The notes under the pieces are model-generated. The model searched no databases, had not been told where the DNA came from, and saw only the letters and a list, made by a program, of their open reading frames with translations. 52,547 nucleotides of DNA from Oscillospiraceae bacterium (GTDB lineage: Bacteria > Bacillota > Clostridia > Oscillospirales > Acutalibacteraceae), in assembly GCA_028683785.1 (NCBI GenBank), contig JAQUHC010000001.1, positions 1 through 52,547 on the forward strand. The letters are read 5' to 3'. The position numbers and the translations under genes were made by a program. This document shows positions 1 to 10,147 of this stretch, in pieces. Each line of letters starts with the position of its first letter. Positions within the stretch are counted from its first letter, which is position 1.

Positions 1-1
1 G

Positions 2-139
2 GGCGATGTCATTTTGGTTCTTGAAGCAATGAAGATGGAAAATGAAATCATGTCACCCAGAGATGCGGTTGTTGCCGGTGTACATGTGAATAAGGGTGAA
101 AGCGTTGATTCAGGAAAGCTTCTTATCTCTCTACAATAA
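2..139 (+). CDS. biotinyl carrier domain protein, C-terminal fragment (5' end lies outside the window)
   Basis: Frame 2 reads GDVILVLEAMKMENEIMSPRDAVVAGVHVNKGESVDSGKLLISLQ*. It contains the EAMKM biotin-attachment motif. The TAA stop is at 137-139. Confidence 0.8.
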   Translation, partial: GDVILVLEAMKMENEIMSPRDAVVAGVHVNKGESVDSGKLLISLQ

Positions 140-190
140 AAAGTTTGCTGCTTACACTAATCAAAATCAGAAGGAAAGGGATGAACGAAT

Positions 191-1591
191 TTGTCAAAAG
201 TAGGCATTACCGAGACAATATTAAGGGATGCTCATCAGTCCTTGATTGCAACCCGAATGACGACAGAAGAAATGCTTCCGGCACTTGAAATATTAGACGA
301 TATAGGTTTTTACTCTCTGGAATGCTGGGGGGGAGCAACCTTCGATTCCTGCCTGCGGTTTCTGAACGAGGACCCGTGGGAAAGGCTCAGAACACTTCGT
401 AAAAAGATGCCCAAAACAAAGCTGCAAATGCTGTTTCGAGGGCAGAATATGCTGGGTTATCGGCATTATGCAGATGATATTGTTGAATATTTTGTCCAAA
501 AATCGATAGGCAACGGTATTGATATAATCCGCATATTTGATGCGCTTAACGATATTCGAAATCTTGAAACCTCCATAAAAGCGGCAAAAAAAGAGGATGG
601 GGCCCATGTACAGGTTGCAATTTCATACACCACCAGTCCGGTTCACAATATTGAGTATTTTGTAAAATATGCAAAGGAGCTTGAGGAAACCGGTGCCGAT
701 TCAATCTGCCTTAAAGATATGGCAGGTCTGCTTGTTCCGTTTGAAACCTATGATCTTGTGAAGGCTCTGAAGGAGAGTGTTAAAATTCCCGTTCAGCTTC
801 ACTCGCATTTTACGGCAGGGATAGCAAATATGTCTCTGCTTAAAGGGATTGAAGCGGGAGCAGATATAATCGACACTGCATTATCACCTTTGGGAATGGG
901 AACATCCCATCCGGCTACCGAGTCTATGGTGGCGGCGCTGGCGGGTACCGAGTATGATACCGGTCTAGATCTTAAAAAGCTCAATGTAGCAACCCGGTAC
1001 TTCTCTGAATTGCGCCATAAATATCTTGAAAACGGGCTGCTTAACCCGAAGATGCTGGAAGTTGACACCAACGCCTTGATTTATCAAGTCCCAGGCGGTA
1101 TGCTCTCCAATCTTGTAAGTCAGCTTAAACAGTCGGGCAATGAGGATAAGCTGGATGAGGTTCTGATGGAGGTTCCGAGAGTTCGTAAGGATTGCGGCTA
1201 TCCGCCTCTGGTCACTCCGTCATCCCAGATTGTGGGCACCCAAGCCGTGTTTAACATTATCGGCGGCGAGCGTTATAAGATGGTAACCAAAGAGTTCAAA
1301 GGACTTGTCAGGGGTGAATACGGCCGTACTCCTGCACCGATTAGCCCAGAATTCACAAAAAAAACAATCGGTGACGAACAGCCGATTACCTGCCGTCCCG
1401 CCGACCTGCTGCAGCCCGAGCTTGAAAAAATGCGCGGAGAGATCAGCGAGTGGTATGAGCAGGAAGAGGATATACTCACATATGCTCAGTTTGGTCAGGT
1501 TGCGCTAAACTTTTTTGAAAAGCGTCGCAACAAGAAATACGGCATAGACACAAACCATCTGGATACCGAGAATTTGGTTCATCCGGTTTGA
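191..1591 (+). CDS. carboxyltransferase (5S-type) subunit of a biotin-dependent enzyme, oxaloacetate decarboxylase alpha / pyruvate carboxylase subunit B-like, lacking its own biotinyl domain
   Basis: 466-aa ORF with a TTG start just after AGGAAAGGG. Blocks such as ITETILRDAHQSL, ECWGGATFD, KDMAGLL and HSHFTAG are typical of the OadA/PycB carboxyltransferase domain. The ORF ends without an AMKM domain. Confidence 0.85.
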   Translation: MSKVGITETILRDAHQSLIATRMTTEEMLPALEILDDIGFYSLECWGGATFDSCLRFLNEDPWERLRTLRKKMPKTKLQMLFRGQNMLGYRHYADDIVEYFVQKSIGNGIDIIRIFDALNDIRNLETSIKAAKKEDGAHVQVAISYTTSPVHNIEYFVKYAKELEETGADSICLKDMAGLLVPFETYDLVKALKESVKIPVQLHSHFTAGIANMSLLKGIEAGADIIDTALSPLGMGTSHPATESMVAALAGTEYDTGLDLKKLNVATRYFSELRHKYLENGLLNPKMLEVDTNALIYQVPGGMLSNLVSQLKQSGNEDKLDEVLMEVPRVRKDCGYPPLVTPSSQIVGTQAVFNIIGGERYKMVTKEFKGLVRGEYGRTPAPISPEFTKKTIGDEQPITCRPADLLQPELEKMRGEISEWYEQEEDILTYAQFGQVALNFFEKRRNKKYGIDTNHLDTENLVHPV

Positions 1592-1661
1592 CATCTAACA
1601 GGTTGACAGAAGGCGGCATTCACTGGTAAAATAAAGAACAACCGCTAAAGGAATGAACAGT

Positions 1662-2540
1662 ATGATAAGAAGCATGACCGGGTATGGCAGGTTCCAACAA
1701 ACCATCGACGGGATGGATATTACCGTGGAAGTTAAATCGGTTAATCACCGTTATTATGAGTATTCCTCAAGGGTTCCGCGTGCCTACGGCTTTTTAGATG
1801 AATATTTAAAACCCCATATTCAGAAAACCATATCCCGTGGTAAGGTTGACGTTTATGTATGGATAGAAGCGATTGACGCTCCGCTTGGTGCTGTAAACCT
1901 CAATTATACTCTGGCAGAAGGTTATTTGCAGGCGCTTAACGAGCTTAGCAAAAAATACGGGCTCAAAAATGATATTTCCGTTGCATCCCTTGCGCGATTT
2001 CCCGATGTTCTGACCGTTAGGCGTATGGCAGAGGATGAAGAGGCTGTATGGGTGATTGTCAGGCAGGTTGCAGATGGAGCTCTTGAGCGATTTGTGAGCA
2101 TGCGCGAGCTAGAGGGTGAAGCTCTGCGTAAAGACATAATTCAACGCGCCGCCGCCATTTTGGAGTCGGTAAAAATTGTTGAGGAACGCTCACCGATTAC
2201 GGTTAAGGAACATATGGATAGGGTGGAAGCTCGTATGCTTCAGCTTCTTAACGAAGCACCCATAGATGAGCAGAGAATATTGACCGAGGCTGCATTATAT
2301 GCGGATAAGACTGACGTGGCAGAGGAAACGGTAAGGTTGCGAAGCCATCTTAAACAGCTTGAAACCATGCTTTCAGGGGATGAACCTGTCGGACGCAAGC
2401 TGGATTTTCTTGTTCAGGAGATAAATCGCGAGGCAAACACCATAGGTTCAAAGTCTCAGGATGTTACCCTTGCAAGGGTTGTTGTGGATATCAAGTCAGA
2501 AATCGAAAAAATCCGCGAACAAATACAGAATATTGAATAG
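1662..2540 (+). CDS. yicC: YicC/YloC family stress-induced protein (endoribonuclease YloC-like)
   Basis: N-terminus MIRSMTGYG and C-terminus DFLVQEINREANTIGSKS are family hallmarks. AAAGGA lies 9 nt upstream of the ATG at 1662. The ORF track starts at 1653. Confidence 0.85.
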   Translation: MIRSMTGYGRFQQTIDGMDITVEVKSVNHRYYEYSSRVPRAYGFLDEYLKPHIQKTISRGKVDVYVWIEAIDAPLGAVNLNYTLAEGYLQALNELSKKYGLKNDISVASLARFPDVLTVRRMAEDEEAVWVIVRQVADGALERFVSMRELEGEALRKDIIQRAAAILESVKIVEERSPITVKEHMDRVEARMLQLLNEAPIDEQRILTEAALYADKTDVAEETVRLRSHLKQLETMLSGDEPVGRKLDFLVQEINREANTIGSKSQDVTLARVVVDIKSEIEKIREQIQNIE

Positions 2541-2603
2541 ATGATCATTTCTATAAAACCGAATTTATCAACTGACAGGGTATAAATCAGGTTAAGAAGG
2601 GAT

Positions 2604-2888
2604 ATGGGAATAATAATGAAGCTTATAAATATCGGCTTCGGCAACATGATTTCTGCAAATCGTCTTATAGCTATTGTCAGCCCCGAATCGGCACCGATTA
2701 AGCGTGTTATTCAGGATGCCAAGGACAGGGGCTCTCTTATTGATGCCACCTACGGGAGACGGACACGCGCCGTCTTGATTACCGACAGCGATCATGTTGT
2801 CCTTTCTGCTGTACAGCCCGAAACGGTTGCCAATCGTTTCAATGACCATGACGACGGTGCGGAGGAGGAAGTTGACGCGGATGAATAA
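2604..2888 (+). CDS. remA: RemA/DUF370 biofilm-matrix regulator
   Basis: [74 protein letters not shown] is near-identical in pattern to B. subtilis RemA. An alternative ATG lies at 2616. Confidence 0.9.
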   Translation: MGIIMKLINIGFGNMISANRLIAIVSPESAPIKRVIQDAKDRGSLIDATYGRRTRAVLITDSDHVVLSAVQPETVANRFNDHDDGAEEEVDADE

Positions 2889-3492
2889 GCGCGGGATGTT
2901 AATAATACTATCCGGTCCTTCGGGGTCGGGTAAGGGAACCATTGTAAGACGGCTTCTTAAAGCGCGGGATGATACGGTTTTGTCTATATCTGCCACAACC
3001 CGTTCTCCACGATGCGGTGAGCAAGAAGGCATACATTATTATTTTAAGACACATTCCGAGTTTAAAGAACTGATAAAGCAGGGTGAGCTTCTCGAATTTG
3101 CCGAATATAACGGGAATTATTATGGGACGCCGGAAGAACCCGTCCGCAAGCATTTAATTGAAGGTAAAAATGTTATTTTGGAGATTGAAGTGCAGGGAGC
3201 CGAAAGGGTAATGAATTACCGCTCCGATCTTGTGTCGATATTTATCACCATTCCAACCATGGTTGAATTGGAGCGCCGTCTGCATGAACGCGGAAGCGAA
3301 TCAGAGGAAACAATTTGCAGGAGAATGGAGATTGCAAGGCGGGAGTTGTCCCGCGCATTCCGTTATGATTATGTTGTACTTAATGATGAGGTACCGCTTG
3401 CTGTAGAGCGAATAAACACAATAATAAATGCAGAATCTATGAGGTATTCTCGTATGGAAAATTATATAATGGAGGTAATCAACAATGCTTAA
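2881..3492 (+). CDS. gmk: guanylate kinase
   Basis: [21 protein letters not shown]-loop, followed by [21 protein letters not shown]. The ATG at 2881 overlaps the remA stop. The ORF-track start at 2794 is upstream read-through. Confidence 0.95.
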   Translation: MNKRGMLIILSGPSGSGKGTIVRRLLKARDDTVLSISATTRSPRCGEQEGIHYYFKTHSEFKELIKQGELLEFAEYNGNYYGTPEEPVRKHLIEGKNVILEIEVQGAERVMNYRSDLVSIFITIPTMVELERRLHERGSESEETICRRMEIARRELSRAFRYDYVVLNDEVPLAVERINTIINAESMRYSRMENYIMEVINNA

Positions 3493-3700
3493 ACCAACAG
3501 ATATTGATAATATTAAGGGTAATCATAATAAATATTCCCTTGTCATTGCGGTCGCCAAACGCGCCCGCCAGATTGCAGGCGAAGCCGAGGACAAAAGCAT
3601 TATAATGACAGAAAAGCCCGTTAGTCTTGCTATTAATGATTTTATTAGCGGACAGTACAAGGTTTTATCTTCGGATAATAACAATGATAGTTTAAGATAA
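3485..3700 (+). CDS. rpoZ: DNA-directed RNA polymerase subunit omega
   Basis: 71 aa. The NKYSLVIAVAKRARQI motif is present, and the gene sits after gmk as in Bacillus. Confidence 0.85.
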   Translation: MLKPTDIDNIKGNHNKYSLVIAVAKRARQIAGEAEDKSIIMTEKPVSLAINDFISGQYKVLSSDNNNDSLR

Positions 3701-3744
3701 TAATGCTTAATGCAGTTTGGTCGTAAAGCAAAGGGGAGAAATGT

Positions 3745-6210
3745 ATGGTACTGCCGAAAGTAGCTAAAATTGCTGTAGAGCAGGCTGCGCTTCATTTCGA
3801 CAAGCTTTACGATTATTATATTCCCGAATCACTCGGGGAGCTGAAACGCGGCTGTCGTGTAATAGTCCCATTCGGCGGCGGAAACCGAAAACGTCAGGGC
3901 ATTATTGTGGGCTATGATGTTGTGCCCAATGTAAGTAAATTGAAGCCTGTTTTTTCGGTGTATGATAAGCAGCCTTTGTTGAATGATGAAATGATGGATT
4001 TGGCGCTCTGGATGAAGGAGCGCACTTTTTGCAGTGTCTTTGATGCCGTTCGTGCCATGCTGCCAACCGGGTTTTATCTAAAAATTAAGCCGGTATATAA
4101 GGCGGCTGAATGTGATAAGAATATTATTGATGGCTTAACCGGTGAAGAAAGAGCAATATTTGACTGCGTTGTCGGATATACCGACGGGATTGACCGGGAT
4201 AGACTGCTGACCAAGCTGGGACTTACATTGGATAATGATCTGCCTGATCGAATGTCTCGTAGCGGATTACTGATACGCTCGGATGATGCATTCCGGAATG
4301 TAGGAGACGCGACGGTTCGCATGGTAAAGCTAACGGCGGAGGGGGAAGAGTTGTCCGAAGCGGTTGCAACATCATCCTGCACTCAAAAGCAAAAGAAGGT
4401 TATTGACCTGCTGACCGAGGTCGGCTGTGCATCGATTCGTGAAATCGGTTATTTTTGTTCGGTCACTTCTGCCGTTGTGACCGCTCTCGAAAAAAAAGGG
4501 TTGGTTGAGTGTTATGATAATGAGGTACTCAGGACTCCTTTCACACAAAACTTAAAGCCCGAAATCGAGTCGGTCTTGTTAAACGAGCAGCAGCAAAGGG
4601 CTTTTGATGAGCTGTATCGATTATATAAAACCGGTAAGCCGTCGGCATCACTGCTGTATGGGGTGACAGGCAGCGGTAAAACAGAAGTTTATATGAATTT
4701 AATAGATCGAGTTATTAAGGACGGCAAGCATGTTATTGTATTGGTTCCGGAAATATCTCTGACCCCCCAGATGCTTCATATATTTTTAGGAAGATACGGA
4801 AGCAGGGTGGCTGTGCAGCATAGCGGGCTTGCAATCGGTGAACGGATGGACGAATGGAAGCGTATTAAAAGAGGAGAGGCGCAGATTACCGTGGGTACAC
4901 GGTCGGCTGTTTTTGCCCCGGTGGAGAATTTAGGTCTTATTATAATGGATGAGGAGCAGGAACACACCTATAAATCAGAGTCATCCCCCCGTTATCATGC
5001 AAGGGATGTGGCACGATATCGTTGCGCCAAGCAAAATGCAATGCTTCTTTTGACCTCCGCTACTCCGTCTGTCGAGACCTATCATGCCGCCTTGACCGGA
5101 AGATATGCTTTTCAGAAACTAACCTCTCGATATGGTGAAGCTCGACTTCCGGAGGTTGAAGTTGTGGATATGAGGCAGCAATCCGAAGCGGTGGCGGGCG
5201 GCATTGTCAGTGAAAGGCTTAAGGAAGAAATTGATAACACGCTGGAGCAGGGTAGACAGGTGATTTTGCTTCTCAACCGCCGTGGTTTTCATACCTTTGT
5301 ATCCTGCCGCTCATGCGGTCATGTAATAAGCTGTCCGTCCTGCAGCATCAGCCTAACATACCATCGTACCAACGGGCGGCTGATGTGCCACTATTGCGGA
5401 CATTCACAGGAGCCTGTAAGCCAATGCCCGGAATGCACCTCGTCAAAAATCCGTTATTCGGGATTGGGAACACAGCGGGCTGAGCAGGAGCTGGAGCAGC
5501 TTTTTCCGTCTGCATCTATTTTACGAATGGATACCGATGTTACTATGTCCAGATTCGCATACGAAAAAAATTTCAGCAGGTTTGCAAAAGGCGAATATAA
5601 CTTGATGATAGGCACCCAGATGGTTGCAAAAGGACTGGATTTCCCGAATGTCGGGCTGGTGGGTGTATTATCGGCTGACCAATCGCTTTACGGAGGGGAC
5701 TTCCGCAGTTTTGAAAACACCTTTGCTTTGTTAACCCAAGTTGTGGGGAGAGCAGGACGGCGGGAAATTGAGGGTAAGGCATTAATTCAAACATTCACCC
5801 CCGAAAATTATGTGATTGAACTCGCTTCGCAGCAGGATTATGAAGGCTTTTTTGAAACCGAAATAGCCGCCAGAAAAATGATGCTGTATCCTCCATATAC
5901 CGATTTATGTATGTTCGGGTTTTCGGGTATTGATGAGAAATCGGTTCAACAAGCTGCGTTTCGTTTTCTGAAAATGTTAAAGCATACCGTGACAAACGAA
6001 TATAAGCAATTACCGGTAATAGTACTTGACCCTACTCCCGCGGTCGTTGCCAGGGTGGCAGGGAAATACAGATATAAGCTGATTATGAAGACCAGAAATA
6101 ATGCATTAATGCGCGAAATGACATTTCGGCTTATATCCGAGTTTTCCAAAGCATCGGAAAATAAATCAATATCATTATTTGTCGATATAAATCCGGTCGG
6201 AATAATGTAA
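3745..6210 (+). CDS. priA: primosomal protein N' (replication restart helicase PriA)
   Basis: 821 aa. Walker A GVTGSGKTEVY, DEEQ box, and the Cys-rich zinc region CRSCGHVISCPSCSISLTYHRTNGRLMCHYCGHSQEPVSQCPEC. Confidence 0.95.
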   Translation: MVLPKVAKIAVEQAALHFDKLYDYYIPESLGELKRGCRVIVPFGGGNRKRQGIIVGYDVVPNVSKLKPVFSVYDKQPLLNDEMMDLALWMKERTFCSVFDAVRAMLPTGFYLKIKPVYKAAECDKNIIDGLTGEERAIFDCVVGYTDGIDRDRLLTKLGLTLDNDLPDRMSRSGLLIRSDDAFRNVGDATVRMVKLTAEGEELSEAVATSSCTQKQKKVIDLLTEVGCASIREIGYFCSVTSAVVTALEKKGLVECYDNEVLRTPFTQNLKPEIESVLLNEQQQRAFDELYRLYKTGKPSASLLYGVTGSGKTEVYMNLIDRVIKDGKHVIVLVPEISLTPQMLHIFLGRYGSRVAVQHSGLAIGERMDEWKRIKRGEAQITVGTRSAVFAPVENLGLIIMDEEQEHTYKSESSPRYHARDVARYRCAKQNAMLLLTSATPSVETYHAALTGRYAFQKLTSRYGEARLPEVEVVDMRQQSEAVAGGIVSERLKEEIDNTLEQGRQVILLLNRRGFHTFVSCRSCGHVISCPSCSISLTYHRTNGRLMCHYCGHSQEPVSQCPECTSSKIRYSGLGTQRAEQELEQLFPSASILRMDTDVTMSRFAYEKNFSRFAKGEYNLMIGTQMVAKGLDFPNVGLVGVLSADQSLYGGDFRSFENTFALLTQVVGRAGRREIEGKALIQTFTPENYVIELASQQDYEGFFETEIAARKMMLYPPYTDLCMFGFSGIDEKSVQQAAFRFLKMLKHTVTNEYKQLPVIVLDPTPAVVARVAGKYRYKLIMKTRNNALMREMTFRLISEFSKASENKSISLFVDINPVGIM

Positions 6211-6246
6211 AGCATATTACCTATTTCTCTTGAAAGGATGAACAAG

Positions 6247-6717
6247 ATGGCTATAAGAAAAATAATAACCGAAGATGACCAAACTCTATACAAGGTGAGC
6301 CGTCCGGTAACCGAATTCAATGAAAGATTATGGCAGCTTATCGATGATATGAAGGATACCCTTAAAAAAGCAGATGGTGTGGGTCTTGCGGCACCTCAGG
6401 TCGGTGTTTTGCGCCGGTTATTCATTATTGATATGGGTGAAGACGGCGTTGTGGAGGTTATTAATCCTGAAATTATTGAAAAGAAGGGTAAGCAGGAGGA
6501 TGTTGAGGGTTGCTTATCCTGTCCTGGTGAATACGGTATAACCTGCCGCCCTAATTTTGTAAAGATAAAGGCTCAGGACAGATACGGAAAAGAGTATACT
6601 CTGGATGGTGAAGGTTTATCAGCGCGCTGTATCTGCCATGAGAATGACCATTTAGAAGGTATTATATTTAAAAAGCATGTGATTCGGATGCTTGACCCGG
6701 ATGAACTGATTGGTTAA
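6247..6717 (+). CDS. def: peptide deformylase
   Basis: GVGLAAPQVG, EGCLSCPG and HENDHLEG metal-binding motifs. The GAAAGG RBS favours the ATG at 6247 over 6238. Confidence 0.95.
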   Translation: MAIRKIITEDDQTLYKVSRPVTEFNERLWQLIDDMKDTLKKADGVGLAAPQVGVLRRLFIIDMGEDGVVEVINPEIIEKKGKQEDVEGCLSCPGEYGITCRPNFVKIKAQDRYGKEYTLDGEGLSARCICHENDHLEGIIFKKHVIRMLDPDELIG

Positions 6718-6740
6718 AAGAAGAAAGGCAGGTTACGGAA

Positions 6741-7712
6741 TTGAAAATTGTATTTATGGGAACACCGGAATTTGCCGTTTCATGCCTTAACAGGATTGTC
6801 CATGACGGACATGATGTAGTTCTGGCAGTAACCCAATCAGATAAGCCAAAGGGACGTGGTTATACATTAACTCCGCCGCCTGTAAAGGTGTGCGCCTTAA
6901 CACATAACATCGAGGTTTATCAACCGTTTGTACTGAAAAATAATAAAGAGGCATTGGAGAAAATTAATCAATGCCACGCCGATGTTGTCATTGTGGTGGC
7001 ATACGGACAAATTCTGCCGCCGGAAATTCTTGAACTTCCCAAACACGGATGTATCAATGTGCACGCATCCCTACTCCCTAAATACAGGGGGGCAGCTCCC
7101 ATACAGTGGGCAATCATTAACGGTGAGAAACATACCGGAGTTACAACAATGCTGATGGATGCGGGGTTGGATACCGGGGATATGCTTTTAAAACGAAGTG
7201 TCGAAATTACGCTCGACATGACAGCGGGGGAGCTTCATGATCTGCTTGCTAGAGAGGGGGCAGATGTACTTTCCGATACATTGAGATTAATGAAATCAGG
7301 CAGATTAAATCCTGTTAAGCAGGATGATTCACTTTCGAGCTATGCTCCGATGCTAAGTCGTGAATTAAGCCCAATCGATTTTAATAAGCCTGCAATATCG
7401 GTTCATAATTTAATACGCGGGCTTAATCCATGGCCGTCGGCATATACCAAGGTTGGGGGAAAAAAGCTAAAAGTCCACTCTTCACAGCCTATAAACGGAA
7501 ACCAATCCCCACCAGGCACCGTCATAAGTACATCTCCGCTTACCATAGCGTGCGGGGGCAACACCGCAATAGAATTAATTGAGGTACAGCTTGAGGGAGC
7601 AAAACGAATGGCATCAGAAGTATATTTGAGAGGTCACCCTTTGGATATAGGTCGGGTATTGCCCGAAACAATATTATTTTTGGGTGCGGACGGAGAAACC
7701 GCTGATGAATAA
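6741..7712 (+). CDS. fmt: methionyl-tRNA formyltransferase
   Basis: MKIVFMGTPEFA N-terminus with a TTG start. HASLLPKYRGAAPIQWAIING motif. Confidence 0.95.
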   Translation: MKIVFMGTPEFAVSCLNRIVHDGHDVVLAVTQSDKPKGRGYTLTPPPVKVCALTHNIEVYQPFVLKNNKEALEKINQCHADVVIVVAYGQILPPEILELPKHGCINVHASLLPKYRGAAPIQWAIINGEKHTGVTTMLMDAGLDTGDMLLKRSVEITLDMTAGELHDLLAREGADVLSDTLRLMKSGRLNPVKQDDSLSSYAPMLSRELSPIDFNKPAISVHNLIRGLNPWPSAYTKVGGKKLKVHSSQPINGNQSPPGTVISTSPLTIACGGNTAIELIEVQLEGAKRMASEVYLRGHPLDIGRVLPETILFLGADGETADE

Positions 7713-9075
7713 AAACGCGCGCCGTCTTGCGACCGAGGCATTGATTAGCGTACATCAAGGGGGCGGTTACTCAAGCGCGGTACTTGACCTGCTGCTTACC
7801 GACCGAAATGATGAAAATGCGATATCTTCCGCCGATCGGGCGCTTATATCAAGGCTTTTTTACGGTGTGCTTGAACGCCTTATCACCCTTGATTATATTA
7901 TAGAGCGGCATTCAAGTGTCCGCATTAAAAAAATGCATCCGATTGTTCGAGAACTGCTGCGGCTTGGCTGTTATCAGCTTATATACATGGATAAAATACC
8001 AGCTTCAGCCGCCGTGAACGAAACGGTAAAGCTTGCGCGTTCAATGAAGCAGGATAAAGCGGCGGGATTTATAAATGCCGTTCTTCGCGCAGTGAAACGC
8101 AATCGCGATCATTTGTTTGACGATCTTCCCGATAATGAGCAGGGGCTTTCGGTTCGAACCTCCTGCCCGGTACAGCTTATTAAGCTCTGGTCATCAGATT
8201 ACGGAAATAAGACGGCGGTGCTTTTGGCAGAAAGCGCAAATCAACCTCCCCCCGTAACAATTCGCCTTAATACAATCAAGATAAAACAAAAAGAATTTGA
8301 AAATATACTTAAAAAAGCCGAAATAGAATTCACCAAAAATCCCTTCCTTTCGGCTTGTTATGACATAAAAGACGGCACATGCTTAAAAAGACTTGCAGAA
8401 CTTCCCGAAAACTGTTATTATCATCAGGATACAGCGTCACAGTTTTGCTGCATGGCTCTGGGTGCTCAGCCGGGCGAACGGGTTGCGGATGTATGTGCGG
8501 CTCCCGGCGGTAAAAGCCTTACCCTGGCGCAACTTATGGAAAATGAGGGGGAAATACTGGCTGGGGAGATAAATCCGTCAAAATGTGATGCAATGGAACA
8601 GCGCATAAAGCTTGCCGGTGCAACAAATATAATTACCGTTGTCAGGGATGCATCAAAGCCTTGTCCGTCCTCGCTTATAGAGAAATTTGATCGTGTATTA
8701 TGCGATGTACCCTGTTCCGGTTTGGGGGTTATCAGAAGGAAACCCGAAATCAGGTATAAACCGATTGATAGCTTTGCTTCGCTTCCTGAAATTCAGCTGT
8801 CAATTCTCAATGAATCATCAAGGATGGTTCGTCAGAGCGGTGTGCTTCAATATTCAACCTGCACGCTGAACAAGGCTGAAAATGAGCAGGTAACCGATCG
8901 ATTTTTAAGCCTGCATCCCGAATTTTCGCCCCGTATTTTGCCAATAGAAAACTGCTTTCACGCATTGACTCGGCAACCCTCACATCAGATAACCCTTCTT
9001 CCTCCGATACATGGTACCGACGGCTTTTATATTGCCGGTTTTACCAAAAACGCGAAGACTGCCGAATCGAGGTGA
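7705..9075 (+). CDS. rsmB: 16S rRNA (cytosine967-C5)-methyltransferase
   Basis: NusB-like N-terminus followed by a SAM methyltransferase core (DVCAAPGGKS, DVPCSGLGVIRRKPE, YSTCT). The ATG at 7705 overlaps the fmt stop. Confidence 0.9.
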   Translation: MNKNARRLATEALISVHQGGGYSSAVLDLLLTDRNDENAISSADRALISRLFYGVLERLITLDYIIERHSSVRIKKMHPIVRELLRLGCYQLIYMDKIPASAAVNETVKLARSMKQDKAAGFINAVLRAVKRNRDHLFDDLPDNEQGLSVRTSCPVQLIKLWSSDYGNKTAVLLAESANQPPPVTIRLNTIKIKQKEFENILKKAEIEFTKNPFLSACYDIKDGTCLKRLAELPENCYYHQDTASQFCCMALGAQPGERVADVCAAPGGKSLTLAQLMENEGEILAGEINPSKCDAMEQRIKLAGATNIITVVRDASKPCPSSLIEKFDRVLCDVPCSGLGVIRRKPEIRYKPIDSFASLPEIQLSILNESSRMVRQSGVLQYSTCTLNKAENEQVTDRFLSLHPEFSPRILPIENCFHALTRQPSHQITLLPPIHGTDGFYIAGFTKNAKTAESR

Positions 9076-9079
9076 CTAT

Positions 9080-10111
9080 ATGGCTCTTATCGACTGTAAA
9101 TCACTGACGCTTGAGGAACTGCGTTTTCATCTGGCATCCATGGAGGTTCCTGCTTATCGTGCGGCTCAAATTCGCTCATGGCTGGATCGCGGTGTGACGA
9201 ATTTTGACGATATGGGTAATATTCCCCTAAAATTAAGGGCTGAATTGAATAAAAAATTTCACATTTCTTCAGTAAAAATCGAAAAAAAGCTTGTATCTGC
9301 AAGGGATAATACTGTAAAATATCTTTATGCCCTTGACGACGGCGAAAATGTGGAATCAGTATTGATGGAGTATCATCACGGGTGGTCTCAGTGTCTATCC
9401 ACCCAGGTCGGATGTAAAATGGGGTGCTCCTTTTGTGCAACCGGGATGGACGGCTATGTCCGCAATCTTCTTGCCTCTGAAATGTTGGCACAAATTGAAT
9501 CCGCACAATCCGATCATGGGGTTCGCGTTTCTTCAATCGTACTTATGGGAATGGGCGAACCTCTGGATAATTTCGATAATGTGATACGCTTTTTGCATTT
9601 GCTTGGTCAACCGGGCGGTATTCAAATCGGAATGAGGCATGTATCCCTTTCCACCTGCGGTCTTGTTGACAAAATATATGAGTTGATGGAGTATAAGCTT
9701 CAACTCACATTATCTGTTTCTCTCCATGCTCCGAATGACAATATCAGGTCACAAATGATGCCGATTAACAAGCGGTGGCCGATTTCGGAGTTGCTCAAAG
9801 CCTGCAGCATTTACGCAAAGACTACAGGGCGGAGGATATCCTTTGAATATGCAATGGTAGATGGAGTCAATGATTCCGATGAATGTGCAATGGAGCTTGC
9901 CGCCCGTCTTAAAGGAATTCTCTGTCATGTAAATCTAATACCTCTTAATTCTGTACCGAAAAATAAACTTCGACGCAGCTCGGATGAGAGGCTTGGCTCG
10001 TTCAAAGCGATTTTAGAAAAGCTGGGTGTCAATGTTACCGTGCGGCGCACATTGGGATCGGATATTAATGCATCCTGCGGTCAGCTTCGTCGCAACAAGG
10101 AAAAAGAGTAA
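9080..10111 (+). CDS. rlmN: 23S rRNA/tRNA (adenine2503-C2)-methyltransferase, radical SAM
   Basis: CX3CX2C cluster in GCKMGCSFCATG, then GMGEPLDN and a C-terminal SCGQL motif. The ATG at 9080 follows GAGGTG. Confidence 0.95.
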   Translation: MALIDCKSLTLEELRFHLASMEVPAYRAAQIRSWLDRGVTNFDDMGNIPLKLRAELNKKFHISSVKIEKKLVSARDNTVKYLYALDDGENVESVLMEYHHGWSQCLSTQVGCKMGCSFCATGMDGYVRNLLASEMLAQIESAQSDHGVRVSSIVLMGMGEPLDNFDNVIRFLHLLGQPGGIQIGMRHVSLSTCGLVDKIYELMEYKLQLTLSVSLHAPNDNIRSQMMPINKRWPISELLKACSIYAKTTGRRISFEYAMVDGVNDSDECAMELAARLKGILCHVNLIPLNSVPKNKLRRSSDERLGSFKAILEKLGVNVTVRRTLGSDINASCGQLRRNKEKE

Positions 10112-10147
10112 TATATTCATTAGTTTTATACTATTGATTATAATAGG

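Noticed and set aside
2592-3032. 146-aa minus-strand ORF
   Set aside because: It overlaps remA and gmk on the opposite strand. Both of those have strong family signatures.
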